A DNA stretch of 64,000 nucleotides from the human T2T-CHM13v2.0 reference genome, Homo sapiens, in the NCBI RefSeq assembly GCF_009914755.1, contig NC_060936.1. One strand, given 5' to 3'. Each line of letters opens with the position of its first letter. Position 1 is the stretch's first letter. This document shows, one piece after another, positions 46,801 through 60,986 of the stretch. Below the pieces are notes generated by a model. That model made no database searches. It saw only the letters and a program-made list of their open reading frames with translations, and was not told where the DNA came from. Position numbers and translations under genes: made by a program.

Positions 46801-49108
46801 AACCTTACCTCCTCTTCTGGAGCTCCATGTCAAGCACTAGGGAAAGTTTTGTGGAAAGTTTGCCTGGGTTTGGAGGGGGCTCTGGGTGTGTAAAATCTCC
46901 AGGTTCTCTCCCCTCCCTTGGGTGGGCATTGCTTTGCTGCTCCTGGCTCATGCCTAGACACCCTGCCTCGTTTGGGTTTGCATGCTTCAGGCTGTGTCTC
47001 TCCCACTCAGATCAAGACCAAAGATGCCAATCTCATTGGCTCTCCAATAAGACCCTTTGGAAGTCTGTATGGTTCTGCATGGACCCGCCTTCCCCACCAG
47101 GCCTCCACATGGGCACTCAGCTGGCACTTACACACTACAGCCTATATGCTGGGGGCTTCCCAGGACCCCTCTTTCAGGAGAGGCTCCAGACACCCACTCC
47201 TTCTGGTCAGGAGTCCTCTGGAGGCCCATTAATATATCCATGAACTCAGCTCGCTGTCCATATATTGGAAGACCAGATGTTGCCTGCACTTCTCTCTGTA
47301 CAGGGATTAACTCCATGCCATTCATACTATTAGGGAGAAATAAGGTTTTTCTGGTAAGGAAAAGAGAGGTGATAGTGACAGAATTTTAGAATGGGGACAT
47401 GATGGCAGGCTTGTCTGGGCAAATCCATGAAACCAGATTACTGCCAACATTTTCCACTGCCTGGTCCTGTGCAGACACTAATCATCAAGACACACGCAGA
47501 GGCCTTTGCAGTGTCTGATGTTCTGGGTTTCTGCTCAGGCCCAAAGGGGTAGAGACGTGAGTGGGCAAGCACAAAAGAGGGGAGGGCTGCTGTGGGGGTG
47601 GCGGTGGGCCAAGGAGGAGTTGGCAGGGGCAGTATAGTAGACTATCATACTGAATGTGAGGAAAAGGGGATCCTCCCTCCTCCCATGTCCCAGGGAGTTC
47701 ATGTCACCCACTAGAAAGGCCAGGGAACGTGAGGATCCTTCCCCACCACTCGGAGTGTGAATACAATGGGCAGCCTCTTCGGTGTGGCATTGCCAAGACA
47801 GCAGAGAACTATCTGGGGCCTTGTTAATACCCAGTTTCAGAGGCCCTCATCCTGCTCTCTCTGGGGACAGAGGCATGGACACAGACTGCCATGTGTGGTA
47901 CTGAGCCCAGATACAGCCAGAGCAGGAAGGTTGGGCAGGGGGCCCTTGCCCTGCCTATACCCAGGATCCCTGCACTCAGGCAGTGGGCAGTGAAGGGTAA
48001 ATGGAGGAGGTGGGCTGAGGACTTGCCATCCGCATAGTACAGGAGTCCCCAGCCTCCCTGGGGACGAGATCTTGGCAGTGTGGGAAGGCTGGGGGACAGA
48101 GAGCTTGGCCTCCTGGGGGCTGTTTAAGGGAAGACACCTGGCGGGAGCCACCAAGAGAGTGAATCTGCCTGGAAGGAAGGAGGGGAGCCAGTAAGGAAGC
48201 ACAAAATGCGAGCACCCGTCCTGCTGCCAGTCTCTAATGCTGCTGGAAGGCATGGCAGGGCGCCTGCACAGCGTTTTACAGCTCCACACCCTTGGGATTT
48301 GATCTCTTATTCACCAGCCACCCTCCTCTAGTTTCCACCTCTGCTTCTCTTCTTCCCTAGACCAGCAGCCAGGAGATCAAGCTCAGCTGGGTCCCAGGAG
48401 CCCTCCGCATCTTCCGAACCCTTGCTCTTGCAGGAGCTTTCTAGACTCCCTCACCCACCTAACAGCCTTGTTGCCTGGCATCCTGGCCCTTCTTGGGGAC
48501 ACCTGCTTTCCAAACAGCAAAACAAGGAGCATCATACTAGAGCAGGTTGGCTGTTTACATTACCTTGGGAAAGCAGACTTTGCCTTTGTCCTAAAACCCA
48601 AACGATCGTCTGTCAAGGGGTGAGCAGGCTCCCCCTGGTTCCTCTGAGAGCTAGAGGAAAGAGCACTGCCAGGCAAGGGAGGGGCAGGACTGGGGTGAGA
48701 CCTGATGATGAGGTTGGGAGACGCCAGTTTATGTTTCCTCACTGGTGTTTCAGCAGCAGCGCATGGCACTCAGCTCTTTGCCTGGCATTGATGGGGAGCA
48801 GCAGGCCCTGCCAGAGATGACCAGGGTCCCTTCAAAGGACCAGGGGGCACAGCTCCTCATCACTCTCCCCAGGCTGATGGAAGGAAAGAGGACTGAGAAG
48901 GAAGCTTCTGAGGCCAGGTTCAAGGCAGACCTGCCCTGCTCTACCCTGGTGGAAAACCCAGGCTTTCCAACACTGGGCTGTTGGGCCCTCTGCCTGTCCC
49001 CTGAGTCTTTTCTTTGCCTTCTGTCCTCATATAAAAAGTGACTACAGTATCCCAAGAGAAAACATTGAGAGGGATCTTCTGTTTAGGAAGAAAAGCTGAG
49101 TAATGTAA

Positions 49109-49155
49109 TTAAAAGTAATAGCCAAAACCACAATAATTTTTGCACCAACCTAATA
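49109..49155. mobile_element. MADE1 (mariner MITE) half element
   Basis: aaaagtaatagccaaaaccacaataatttttgcaccaacctaata matches the MADE1/Hsmar1 TIR. Confidence 0.75.
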
Positions 49156-49347
49156 TCACAATTAATTATCCTTGCATGGTGCCTTGTAACAAGCAAAGGC
49201 CGCCTGTGTACTGGTTAAGGACATGGATTTGTCCAACACACCTGGGTTGAATCCCAGCCCCACCACTTATTGGCCTCTTGGCCTTGGAAATGTTACCTAC
49301 CCTTTTGTGGCCTCCATTTCCTCATCTGTAAAGTGGTGGTAACAGTA

Positions 49348-50401
49348 GAGTTGACCTTTTAACAACCGAATGGTTAGGGGGCATGACCCCTCTTGCAGTT
49401 GAAAATTCAATATAACTTTTGACTACCTAAAAACTTGACTACTATTAGCCTACTGCTCACCAGAGGCCTTATTGATAACATAAGCAGTCAACATATATTT
49501 TGTTTGTTTTATATATATGTTATTGCTGTATTCTCACAATAAAGTAAGCTAGAGAAAAGAAAATGTTGTTAAGAAAATCATAAGGAGAGAAAACACGTTT
49601 ACAGTACTGTACTGTATCTATCAATACCATAAGCTTACATCATGTGTTTGCAAGATGAATTATCTATCATGTCAGAAATGGCAGGCAACTGCAGCTGCAG
49701 ACCTCAATCTACGGTACATATCAAGCAATTCAGCTTTTTTTTTTGTAATGTCATGGTTTTTCTCTGCTTCTTGGGAGCACTTCCAGCATCACTAGTGCCA
49801 CTCTGCATGGGTCCCATGGTGTTATTCAAGGTTTACTGTAAAGCACTAAACATGATGAAAAATATGCGAGAACCTCCAGAGATCACTTTTTACTGCTATA
49901 AGCAATTTACTGGGGGAGCTAATTGCTCTTGTGGAGATGACTAGCATCACACAGTGTTTTAATGGCAATACCTGAGATCACTGAAGTAGCAACAGGAGGT
50001 GGCTACAAAATGATTACAGTAGCACATATGTATCACAGTTAATTTTAAGCAGTTATGATTTAATAATGCACCTTTACAGTTGCTTACATTTCTCTTGACT
50101 TTGGCACTATGTAGAGTCCGTGTGTGCACACATTTTGATAAATTTTAACTTTTCATAACAGATTTGTGTATATTTTATGGGAGTAAGTGATAAAATAGAC
50201 TAGTATCTACATATATTTTATGCATTTATGACATGCCTAACTTTTTTTTAATTTTTTTATGTTTCTAGGATACAAGTTCATCTTCAAGTTTTTTCAAATT
50301 GTCACAAATCTCCAAAAATTTTTCCAACATATTTACTGAAAAAGAATTCACATATAAGTGGAGTGGTGCAGTTCAAATCTGGGTTGTTCACAGGTCAACA
50401 G
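49348..50401. mobile_element. Tigger2-family DNA transposon (Tigger2b-like, ~1.05 kb) inserted into a MIR
   Basis: TA-flanked TIRs gagttgacctttt..aacaac / gttgttcacaggtcaacag; MIR sequence on both sides (~49200-49345 and ~50402-50460). Confidence 0.8.
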
Positions 50402-53400
50402 TAGTACTTCAGAGTTGCTGTGAAATAAGTGATTTATGTGACACAGCACAATTTCTAGCACAAAGCAAATATTTCTCCTTTCGCATTATCTGTAGAAGTT
50501 ATAGTAAGTGTCTAGAACTTCCAACATTACGTCGATTTTATGTTATTGCCACAATCTCCTAGCCTGCATCTTGCCACCTGATCATGCACCTCTTTCCTTA
50601 GCTTACAAGCCCACCCTAACCCTATGCCCTGGAGCTCCCCCGCTGTCTCCGGTCCTGCTCCCAACTGGTGGTCCGCTGCTCCCTGCTCAGGCACTAAGTG
50701 GCCATTCATTACAAGGCCAGTGGCCATGGATTTAGGATATAAGCCCTCCCTTCATGAATGGGTATTTCTTTTAAAAGAATGAAGCATAGGACCCCACTTT
50801 GGCCCCCAAGGAAGCAGTCCTTCCTGCGTACCCAGGCTGCACCGCTGCTCGTTGGCCCCATCCCACTCCCACCCTTGGGTGCCTTCTCAAGGAAGAGCAG
50901 CAGTGCTGATGATCGCTCCCTTCATGTATTACTTCAGGTCCCTGTTGCATGTGTCATTTCACTTTGACACTCTCCCTCTGAAGTAATTAGGGCAAATGTT
51001 ATCTCATTTCACACATGACCAAACTGAGCCTCTGAGAGAGTGAAGAGACCTGCCTGAGATCACAAGACGAGTGGTGATAAGGCTTGGCCCAACGTACTCA
51101 GAAACCACATCCTTCTGGGAGCCCCACTTCTGCCCTCCCCACCCTCATTCACCTAATTCCCTGTTCCCAATGCAAAGATTGAGTGAGAGTGCTCTGCCCT
51201 CCTACAGGTTCTCCACCCTACTCTGGTATCTGTGCTAACAGCTCAAAGACATGGTAGAAACCATTGTGGCTGACATCTTCATTTCTAAGATGAAGACACT
51301 GAGTTCAGAGCTTGTCAAGGCCTCATGAATAAAGGGTAACAGAGCAGGAGCCCAGCCCCGCAGCTCCTCCACCTCGCCACACCAGCCTGACAGCACTGAA
51401 TTTCAGAGCCAGAAAAGGCCTCAGGTAGACCAAAGTCAGGGGCTTAATAAATACTGCAGTCAACGCTCAATTACCCATAATAATGGAAAATAGGAAGCAA
51501 ATAGGAGTTGTGTCCTTTACAACTTCTAAATCTGTCATTGCCACACTTCCCCCAGGGCTGTTAAGGCATCAGACCAACTGCTCCTCCTATTCACATCCCT
51601 GCAGATGGCCAGGAAAGGAGCTAATAGGGTGGTTACAGGGGCAAGATGGTCCAATCCTTGTTTTATCAGACTCCTAGTAACCACAGCTTGATGACTGTCC
51701 TGCTATAGGACAGACTGCATTTGCCCAGGTCCTGCCAGCTGTGCACCCCTCCATGGTGCCACATGGCAGGTCAGAAGTGCCAATGAGGTGGCATGAGGCT
51801 CCTGCCACACCACCTTTCCTCAAAGCCTTATGTCTTCATCATGGAAACCTTGTTTATCCATTACCAAGCCAAGAGAGAGGATTACTGAGAAGAAGGCAGC
51901 CAAAAACAGGGCACTCCCTTTGGAACCCAGCGGGGTTTCTCCGATCCCAAGCACACCTTAGTAGTTAGCACAGTGTGAATGAAGACAACCAAATGTTCAT
52001 CTGTGAATGCTAATAATGAATGGTTACAACTACAGGATCAGCTTGTTCTTCCTTCAGGGACATGGAGGCAGATATCATGTTCTCCATTTGCCTAAAATGC
52101 TCTTCCAGCTCCACCAGGTGTAGAACAGAAGGAAATCAACTGTGCTGGCATTAGCAGAAACTTAAGACTGATAACAAGAGGGACTAACCAACTACTCCAT
52201 TGCATACAGAGTAGGAATGTGGAGGGTAGGAATGTCTGGGTTGTTGGGTCTGGAAAGCTAAGCTAAGAACCTGCCTTGCCACACACTTTCCCACTGTCCA
52301 TATAATTGAGGTTAATTAAGGACCTAGAGCTAGGGAAGGGGCAAGATGGCCTCACCTCAGACCTTGTCTCATGCACACCTCTGCATGCAGACAGGTGACT
52401 ACAAGCCAAGATGGAGCTTGCCTCACAGGATCTTCTTCCCAAACAAGAGTTCCCTTGCATTGGAACTGGTAACATCCCCAGGGATCCCACCTACTTCACC
52501 CAAATTACCATCAACCCACCCTCCAAGACCCAACTCAACTCAGATGTTCTCTCCCCTTGACTGATGACCCTGGTGTGATGTGGCCCCCTCCTTCCTGTAT
52601 TCCTCCAGTGCTTACTCTGTCCAGTTCATTGACCAACAAAAACTCACTAATCACTGCAGTAGAATACACATTCTGCTGCATCCTCAGGATGAAAAGGTAA
52701 AGAAGACACAGTCCTTGTCCTCAAGAAATTCATTATTCCATAGGCACTCATTTCTGTGGAGTAAATATACCTACCATGGTTGATCTCAAGCAATCAACAC
52801 GGTGTTACTGAACATGGAGTTAGGAACAAAAGCAGGCAATTGGCTTTCATAAGCTGGTGCGGGAGGGTTCCAGGACACCGCTGGACATCATATGCCAGAA
52901 GCAAGGAAACATAAATGGAAAAGTGAGGCAGGAGTCAAGGAAGGAGGAACTATGAACTGGCTTTTAAAGGATGAATTCGAGTCTACACACAGAAAAGGGA
53001 GAAAGGAACTCCAGGAAAATGGAGAGACATTTGCAAAGACCTAACAGCATAAACATGTGTAAAAGTTTGGTGTATTTGGAGAATGACAGTACCCTCTCCC
53101 CTAAGCCTGACCCAGATGAGAAACTGGTTGACACTCAACCTCTAACAGATGCCCATGACAGGTGTCCTGTGCACGTTCTCAGCCGGGACTCTGATGGCCC
53201 TGCCACCTGCCTCCAGCCTGCCTCCATCCAGCTCACCCCAACAGGGCCCGGCCTCTGTCCCATGCAACCTCAGGAGAATCTTCTCTATGGCTGTAGGTGT
53301 CTGGGCAAAGGACAGCTGTCTTGAGGAGAAATCATACCAAACAAGGTTTTAAACTAAGGTCAGATGTCCTCATGCATGTTTAATCATCCTGTTCTATATT

Positions 53401-54667
53401 TGGTGACCTTAAGGACAGGTCTTAAAGAGATGACACCCAGTCTTCTATCCCAAAGGCCACTCGTCCCAAGGGCATAGCTGGCAGCACCTGTCTATGGCTG
53501 TGGCTGAATTTCGACGGCCCTTTGCTCATCTCCCTAGTAAAAAGTAAGGCACTTGCTGAAGTCAAGAATCCCAGGGCATCCCTAGAAAGACCTCAGAGGC
53601 GAGGCCATCCTGACTTAGCTTTCCCTGTCCAGTTCTCCTAGGACCTACTGTTGTGACATCCACTTTCGCCCCATCAGAAATTCTCCACTGGTGAAGCATG
53701 TGATAGACTATATTCCCACCCCACCCAGGGACCCCACTTAGGAGAATTGCTACCCCCTGAGGTCTTTCCTAAGAGATTGGGCCCTAAATCCTCCCAGTCC
53801 CTATCCGCTCACCTTGCTAGTTACTTGTCTCGCTAGGTAGGTATGGTCACCAAGGGCCCTCCCTGGCCCAGGATTGGTCAGACATAGCTACTCCTGATGG
53901 CCAGTTGAACTCAGCCTGCCAGAGACAGCTCCATTATAACCCCTTTACCGAAGGAAATATGGTCTAGGCAGGTGAAAAGACACCCAGTAGAGCCAATAAA
54001 TGCACATTTCAGACCTTTGAATGTGCTTTTCTAGGACAACATTCCTCACCCAAGGGGCCCAAAATGAAGGACCCCATGTGTTGTTTTGTTGCGGGATTCT
54101 TAACCCATTTTGTCGGAAATAATCAGAAATAAATAAGGCATGCCCCCCACCCACTCACCCATTTAGGACAACACAAATCATTGGAACAGACATACTTGCA
54201 GCTACCTATATTATGTTATTAATGCCAGGACACAGGCAGGCAAAATGGGATGGGAACACAAAAGAATGTTTTTTTCCCCACGGGAGAGAGAAGGAGTCAC
54301 AGAAGTTCTGGCATTTAGCTGGACCTTGAAGAAAATGTTAATGATCAATATTAAAATACATGCTAATAATTATACTTACTTTCTGGTTACAGCTGCATTC
54401 ATTCATCTTTACGTAGGAAGAGGGTCTAGAATGGAAAGGGAAACTTAATAGTTCTTAGTTGAGGTGAATTTTCTGTTCATTTTAATTTTCTTTCATATGG
54501 TTACTATGCTGTTTGTGCAATTTTTCAGTAAGGATAAAAAATACATCCTAGTAATTTCATTTGGACTATTTCCCACCCCTCCCCTTTAAACATCCTTATG
54601 AGGTGGCTGAAGACATAGCTCCTTCAAAGCTGGAAAATTTCTAAAGCTATAAGGAACTGCATGGCAA

Positions 54668-54735
54668 CCGGGCATGATGGCACATGCCTGTAGTCCCAGC
54701 TACTCGGGAGGCTGAGGCAGGTGGGCTGCATGTGC
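54668..54735 (+). mobile_element. Short Alu-monomer/7SL-derived fragment
   Basis: ccgggcatgatggcacatgcctgtagtcccagctactcgggaggctgaggcagg, then homology stops; no poly-A tail. Confidence 0.7.
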
Positions 54736-55329
54736 AGCCTCAGGCTGGCCTCTCCTTCATGACAGACCCCCGCCTGTCAACACCCCCACAGGGTGTACAC
54801 AACAGGAAATTGACCAGGATTGAACCAAATCCACCATAAACAACCCCTGCTCAAGAACTGAACTCCAATATTTTTTAACTGAACAAACATAAATGTTCAC
54901 CAAAACACCTATAAGATCAGCTCAAACCAGAACCAAACCTTTATGCTTTTTAAAATAACTGCTCAAAATATTCTGGGAGTTGAGTCTGGGAATCTTGGGA
55001 AGGAAAAAAAAAAGAGAAAGAAGAATCTGGAGGACTTGTAAGGAGAATGGGGAAAGAAGGCAGCCTTGGGATCTCCAGGTTGGAAGTGGTCCAATTTCCG
55101 AACCAGGGCTGGACTCTCTGCTCAAGTGCCCTTGCCTTGGGAAAGACCCTTCTACTTGTTTCTCCAAGTCAGCTTAACTCCTCTCACAAGACAGCTCCTG
55201 CACTGTGGGGCAACTGGGCCGGGGTGAAAGTTCTTCTTTAGAGTGACTCCTGTAACTTCCAAGCAAGAAGAGGCTGACTCTCTTCCCTACAAACTATGGT
55301 GTGGTTTATCTTCATTGAAAGTGACCATT

Positions 55330-55631
55330 GGCCAGGTACAGTAGTTCACGCCTGTAATCCTAGCACTTTGGGAGGCCAAGGCTGGTAGATCACTTGAGCT
55401 CAGAAGTTCATGATAAGCCCATCTCTAAAAAACATGGAAAACCCCATCTCTAAAAAAGAACAAAAATTGGCTAGGTGTGGTGGCGTGTGCCTGTAGTCTC
55501 AGCTACTTGGAATGCTGAGGTGGGAGGATCGCCTGCACCCAGGGAGGTTGAGGCTGCAGTGAGCTGAGATTGTGCCACCGCACTCCAGCCTGAGCAACAG
55601 AACAGCACCCTGTCTCAAAAAAAAAAAAAAA
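55330..55631 (+). mobile_element. Alu (AluJ-like)
   Basis: Dimer with gggaggatcgc...cccagggaggttgaggctgcagtgagc (J-type right arm); tail expands into a purine STR. Confidence 0.9.
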
Positions 55632-55638
55632 GAGGAAA

Positions 55639-55712
<74 letters not shown>

Positions 55713-55844
55713 AAAAGGAGGGAAGGGGAGGAGAGGGAAGGGGAGGGGAGGGGAGGGAAGGGAAGGGAAGGGAAGGGAAGGGAAGGGGGGAGGAAGGAAG
55801 GAAGGAAACAAAGAAGGAAGGAAGGAAGGAAAGAAAGAAAGAAA
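55617..55844 (+). repeat. Compound polypurine STR: A-run, (GAAA)n, (GGGAA/GGGGA)n, (GGAA)n
   Basis: 228 nt containing a single pyrimidine (C at 55809). Confidence 0.95.
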
Positions 55845-57062
55845 TCATCACACCCCACCCTCAGCCGTCTTCCTTGATCTTTTTTCCAGTCCTTTCTCTG
55901 CTCTAGTTTTTGCCTCTGTGCTCACATTAGCTTTTCAATGGGTCACTTTAACTTCCAAGATGCTCAGGACTGAGCTCAACACCCAGAGAAAAGAGCTTTC
56001 TCCCACGATCAAAGATTCTCTGTATCAGGAAGGATTTAGCTGCTTCCTTATGTCTTTGCAACTTGTGAACAGAATCAAGAGAAGTCTTTTTGTTTCTATT
56101 TTTCCCAGTAAGCTTTCTGAAATATCCAAAGGATGTAATCTTCATCCTCACCCTCCCTGGGAGCCGCTGCGTTGTGGTGACCATCACAGGTACCATCATT
56201 GCATGTAGAGAAGCCTTTGTACCAGCAGAGGACACTCCATACTGCCTAGAGAGAATACGCAGGGCCTATTGACAGATTGGAAATCGGGCGTGGGCCCCTG
56301 GGAGGGGTGGGGATAAACCCGCATGAACTTGGGAAGGTCGCAAGTTGACTAAGACTGCGCCATATTTCTGATAATGGATTGGCAGGGAGTGTCAGGTTCC
56401 CTCCAGCAGATATGGGAGTGGCAAACACGGTGACACAGAGCATCCCAGGGCATTCTGAGGATCCAACCTTTCAACAAACAAATAAATTTGCTGGCACCGC
56501 CCAGACATCTCGTGGGCATCTTCACTCTCCCTTTCACCCAGCACAAGGCTCCAGCCCACTGCGGCTCCAAGAGGCAACTTTAGAGACCACGTTTCTGGCC
56601 TCTAACTGTAGTCAGACTATTATCCATGCCCCCTTCACCAGGGAAGGGGCCTATAGTGCCACTTCCTCCCCGCCACCTACCCAAATCTGGACCCTATTTC
56701 TAGACTCGTCTCAACTTGCAGCTCCTCCACGACTCACATTGACTTCTCCTCCTAGCTGCTGATGGAAATGGGCTGGCCTCTTGGTTTCCAAGACAACATG
56801 CTCCCTCACTTCTCTCATCCTCAATGATGGCTCCTTTGGACTCAACTGATTGCCCTTTCATTGTCTAATCTTTAGGCATAATGGTCCCTGGGTTCTGTTA
56901 TTGATGACCTCCTCTCTTTAAAAAAAAAAAAAAGGAGAGAGAGAATAAGTTACTTTAATGGCAAATAAAACTGAAATTAATGGAGAATTAGTTACACAAT
57001 TCAGGGGTCCATATAATCTACTCTCAGGTGGAAATATATGCTTTCCACAACGCTTCCCCACA

Positions 57063-57097
57063 ACACACACACACACGCACACACACACACAAACACA
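57063..57097 (+). repeat. (AC)n microsatellite
   Basis: acacacacacacacgcacacacacacacaaacaca. Confidence 0.85.
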
Positions 57098-58664
57098 TAT
57101 ACAAACAAGTACAGTTGAAAATAGGTGCCTATTCTCCCTGGATGCTCTAAAAATGTCCCCAGCCACAAAAATGTCCTAAAGCAGCAATATTGTCTAGAGA
57201 TCTTTTAGAAATCTGTGGATGCATTTTTTTTGCTTGTCACTGTGACATGGGGAGCTGTTACTGGCATGTAATTACCAGAATCCAAATTATGCTAGGCCTC
57301 CTGCCCAGCTTTCGAGTGCGCCATAACGTATAATGGTTGAACCCAGAACCCAACTGTGTATCACATAGAGATGCAGAGTTTCAGCACAGTTTTCAGATAC
57401 ACTGAGTGGTTGAAAAATACAACTACTGTATAAATAGAGAGAAGATCATATTTCTTTTCATCAGAAGCTTATAAGAGTTTTTGTTTGTTTTTTGTTTTTT
57501 TGTTTTGTTTTGTTTTTTACCTTTTTGGGAAATTGTGTCATCATTAGCAAAACTACCAGAGTTTTAAAGTTGCCCATAGACGTCCTACATCCACTTGCAT
57601 TTGTAACTGGTTTAATGCATGGTGATTTTACCTATAGGCACAAATATCTGACTGCTTCATTATGTCTTCCATTGCAGTTCCACCTAAGATCTTACAGGTT
57701 GAAATATAGTATGATATTATACCTTTTTTTTCCTTTTCTGTCTCCTTTATACTACAGTGGGGATTTTTTAAAATTCTGTGTTATCACAATATAACTATGC
57801 CTTTCTTTCTCTTCCTAACAGTAAAGGGTGTTACTTTAATTTTTGCTATAAGACAAGAGACATGAGACTGATACCTTTAGAACTGCAATTTAAATAAAGA
57901 ATATTCTTTTCAAAAGAAAGTTTTATCAATATCCATAAAGTCCCTGTTAAAATTTTCACACCAGTTTTTGATAGAACTGGGCAGTTGTGTGAGACTTCCT
58001 CATGGTCCCTCCAAGGGACAAACAGAAGGTCCCCATTCCAATGAAGTCTTTCCTGGACTTCCTAAAATTCCAAGAATGCTACAGGCTCCAGCTCAAGACC
58101 ATCATTTGGAATTCTCTCTCCCAAAGTGCTAGAGAACAGAACAGCCCCTGAGGCCAGTGAAGACTACCCATGGGGAGGAGTTGGGATAGCAGAGTTGAGC
58201 TGAGCTAGGATTAGGATCTGAGAGGCAAGGGGTCCAGGGAGAATTGCTGGATTCCGCTGTTCTCCACAGACCTTCAGTGGTTGTCTTAGGCCTGGAGTTG
58301 TTGGAGAGAAGGCAGTTAGTGTGTGGGAATGGGAAAAGGTGGGAAGTCTGTTCTTCTCTAGAATTAGATGAATCCCCAAGCTGTGTTAGAGATGTGGCTG
58401 TGTAAGAGCCACACAGTTATTGAAAAAAGAAAAAAAAAAATTGATCAGTTGTGGAAGGAAGACTGGCTGGCCACTGAATTGATGGCTGCAATGTTGTGGC
58501 CATTCAACAAAGAAGCATGGTGCAGAGGGAGCCCCATTGACCAACCTGCTGAAGGTGACATTCTGTCCTTCTAACTGTGCTGCTATGGGGGAGGCACATG
58601 GATCTAGACCCAGGGAGAAGAGGTGCCTGCAGGTATCTTAAAGTAAGGACAAAATGCGGGAATT

Positions 58665-58965
58665 GGTAGGGTGTGGTGGCTCACCCCTGTAATCCTAGCA
58701 CTTTGAAAGGCTGAGGTGGGTGGATCACCTGAGGTCAGGAGTTCATGACTAGCCTAGCCAACATGGTGAAACCCTGCCTCTACTAAAAATACAAAAATTA
58801 GCCAGGCATTGTGGCGGGTGCCTGTAGTCCCAGCTACTTGGAAGGCTCAGGCAGGAGAATCACTTGAACCCAGGAGGCGGAGGTTGCAGTGAGCTGAGAT
58901 CGCGCCATTGCACTCCAGCCTGGGTGACGAGAGCGAGACTTTGTCTCCAAAAAAAAAAAAAAAGA
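58665..58965 (+). mobile_element. Alu (AluSx/Sz-like)
   Basis: Full dimer with poly-A; TSD aaaat(g/c)c(g/a)ggaatt. Confidence 0.95.
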
Positions 58966-60986
58966 AAAATCCAGGAATTGGGTCATAGGTTGTAATGTAT
59001 GGACAGAAGCCACAGTCAGATTCCAAAAGGCCTATCTGCTGAAGAATATGCAATTCAAATCCCATCTGGGTGAAGATGATCAAGTCGACTGCAGTGGGAA
59101 GGCCAGAGTAGCAAGACATCTGGAAAAGAGAATTAACATATATGTATATTTTTGCCTGAATGTTCATACATACCTTTTGAAGGACACCCAAGAAACTGAG
59201 GGGAGTGGTTGCCACAGAGAAAGGGAACTCATGGCAGGGGACAGGAGAACTTTAACCCCACGTTCGCCCTTGTAGATTGCCCTCCTGCTGAGTATTGTTA
59301 CCAGGATAAGCACCAAGCATCAAACACACACTAGACCACCTAGGGATGGAAGAGTACAATCTAAGGTTCGGGGAGGTCACCAGTAGATCTGGGGATCTCA
59401 GTAGCTTTGGTGGATGGCCTCTGAGGAATTCTGACCAGCTTCATGTCTGTTAAACTTTGTCCACTTGAGCAAGTTTCTCCCATTTACTTCCGGTTTTCCT
59501 TCCAGGGAGTATCAGTAATTCTTCTGCTCCTTCTTCCTGAGTTATCTGATGATTTATTCTACCCTCCAAATGCTGATGACTCTTTGGTTTACACCTTTAG
59601 CCCCATTCATTACAAGGATAAAGCAGATGCACTTGCTACGTAACTCAGCATCTTTCCCCACAAGCCCTCTTGCTAGATTCTTTGTTACTACCCAGACCAG
59701 GAATGTGGACTCTCCTCTTTGCCTCACCCAACCGCATCCTCATCCAATCTATCACCAAGTCCTAATGATATAGCAACTAACTATCTCTGTAATGCATATT
59801 CTCATTTCTGACCTTCTACTACTTCTAAGGGCTGGAATTAAAGTGCAAGTCCCTATCGTCTTTTGTCTTCACCTTTGCAATAGTCTCTTAAGTCTTCCTG
59901 CCTCCAATATGGACCTCTCCAATCTGCCCTGGCTGACTTTTCCAAAACACCAATCTGACCATGACACTCTCCTATTAAGTACTTTTACCAGTTCCTCCTC
60001 ACCTATGACAGCTGTTTCCGACATAAAATTCCTGAGGGAAAAAGACATTTCCATAAATAGATCTCCCATCAGCAGACCAGATTTCTTAGGGAATACTTGG
60101 AAACAAGACAAGCTGTGGTCCATACCCAATTCCTACTCCACTAGCAGTAAGACAACCCCTTTCCCTTCCACTGGACCAGTACATAGTAGGTCTAATAATA
60201 GATATGAAAACCCCATCTGAGAACTTGTGACCCAGAAGCCAAAGTCCAGACTCCATAGAATGCCAACAAGGCCCTTCTTGATTGGATCTGGATATCTTTT
60301 CCGCATCATTTCTTGTCACTAATTCCATGCTTCTTCAGATGCTTAACTACTTCATGAAATTTCACTCTTCTATGTCCTTATCTATATGATTCCCTCTGCC
60401 TTGAAGATCCTCGTCTGCCTGAAAAACTCTGATTCATTCTTTAAAGCCCTGCCAAGCATCACTTTCAATCATCTGTGTTCCTGTATATCTATTTCTGTGT
60501 CTTGGATGTATCTCTACCATTGCTACCACCCAGGTCTCTAGGCTCTCTGAAAGCAAGAACCATGTCTCACTCATCATCATCTCCCCAACGCCCAGTTCCT
60601 CATACATAGTATTTGTGCAGAAAATGTTTTTTGAACAGAACTGAATCCAGAGTCTTCCTTTATCGTCTTTCTAATGCGGATGCATTTTGGCGTTTGGTCT
60701 AACTCAATTTACTTCTTCACTATATACTGACTTACACAGGGTTTTCATTTAATCCTTGTAACCTTACAAGCCTTGGTAAGTTTCCCTGCAAATTGTATTT
60801 TTCTCTGTTTCATGACCTTCCCATAAAAACTCGAGTCCAAAGAAGATAAACAGGAGTATCCCCAGTACTGAAATGTGACTAAATAAAGTTGTAACCTAAG
60901 AAAGTATGTAGAAAATCTGGGCCAGAGTATAAGAACACATCACTGTTCATTCAGTAGCGTCCCTGGGAAAGAGGTGCTATATCTGT

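Noticed and set aside
55499-55877. Several low-complexity ORFs (FLSF, KERK repeats)
   Set aside because: Translations of the Alu tail purine STR.
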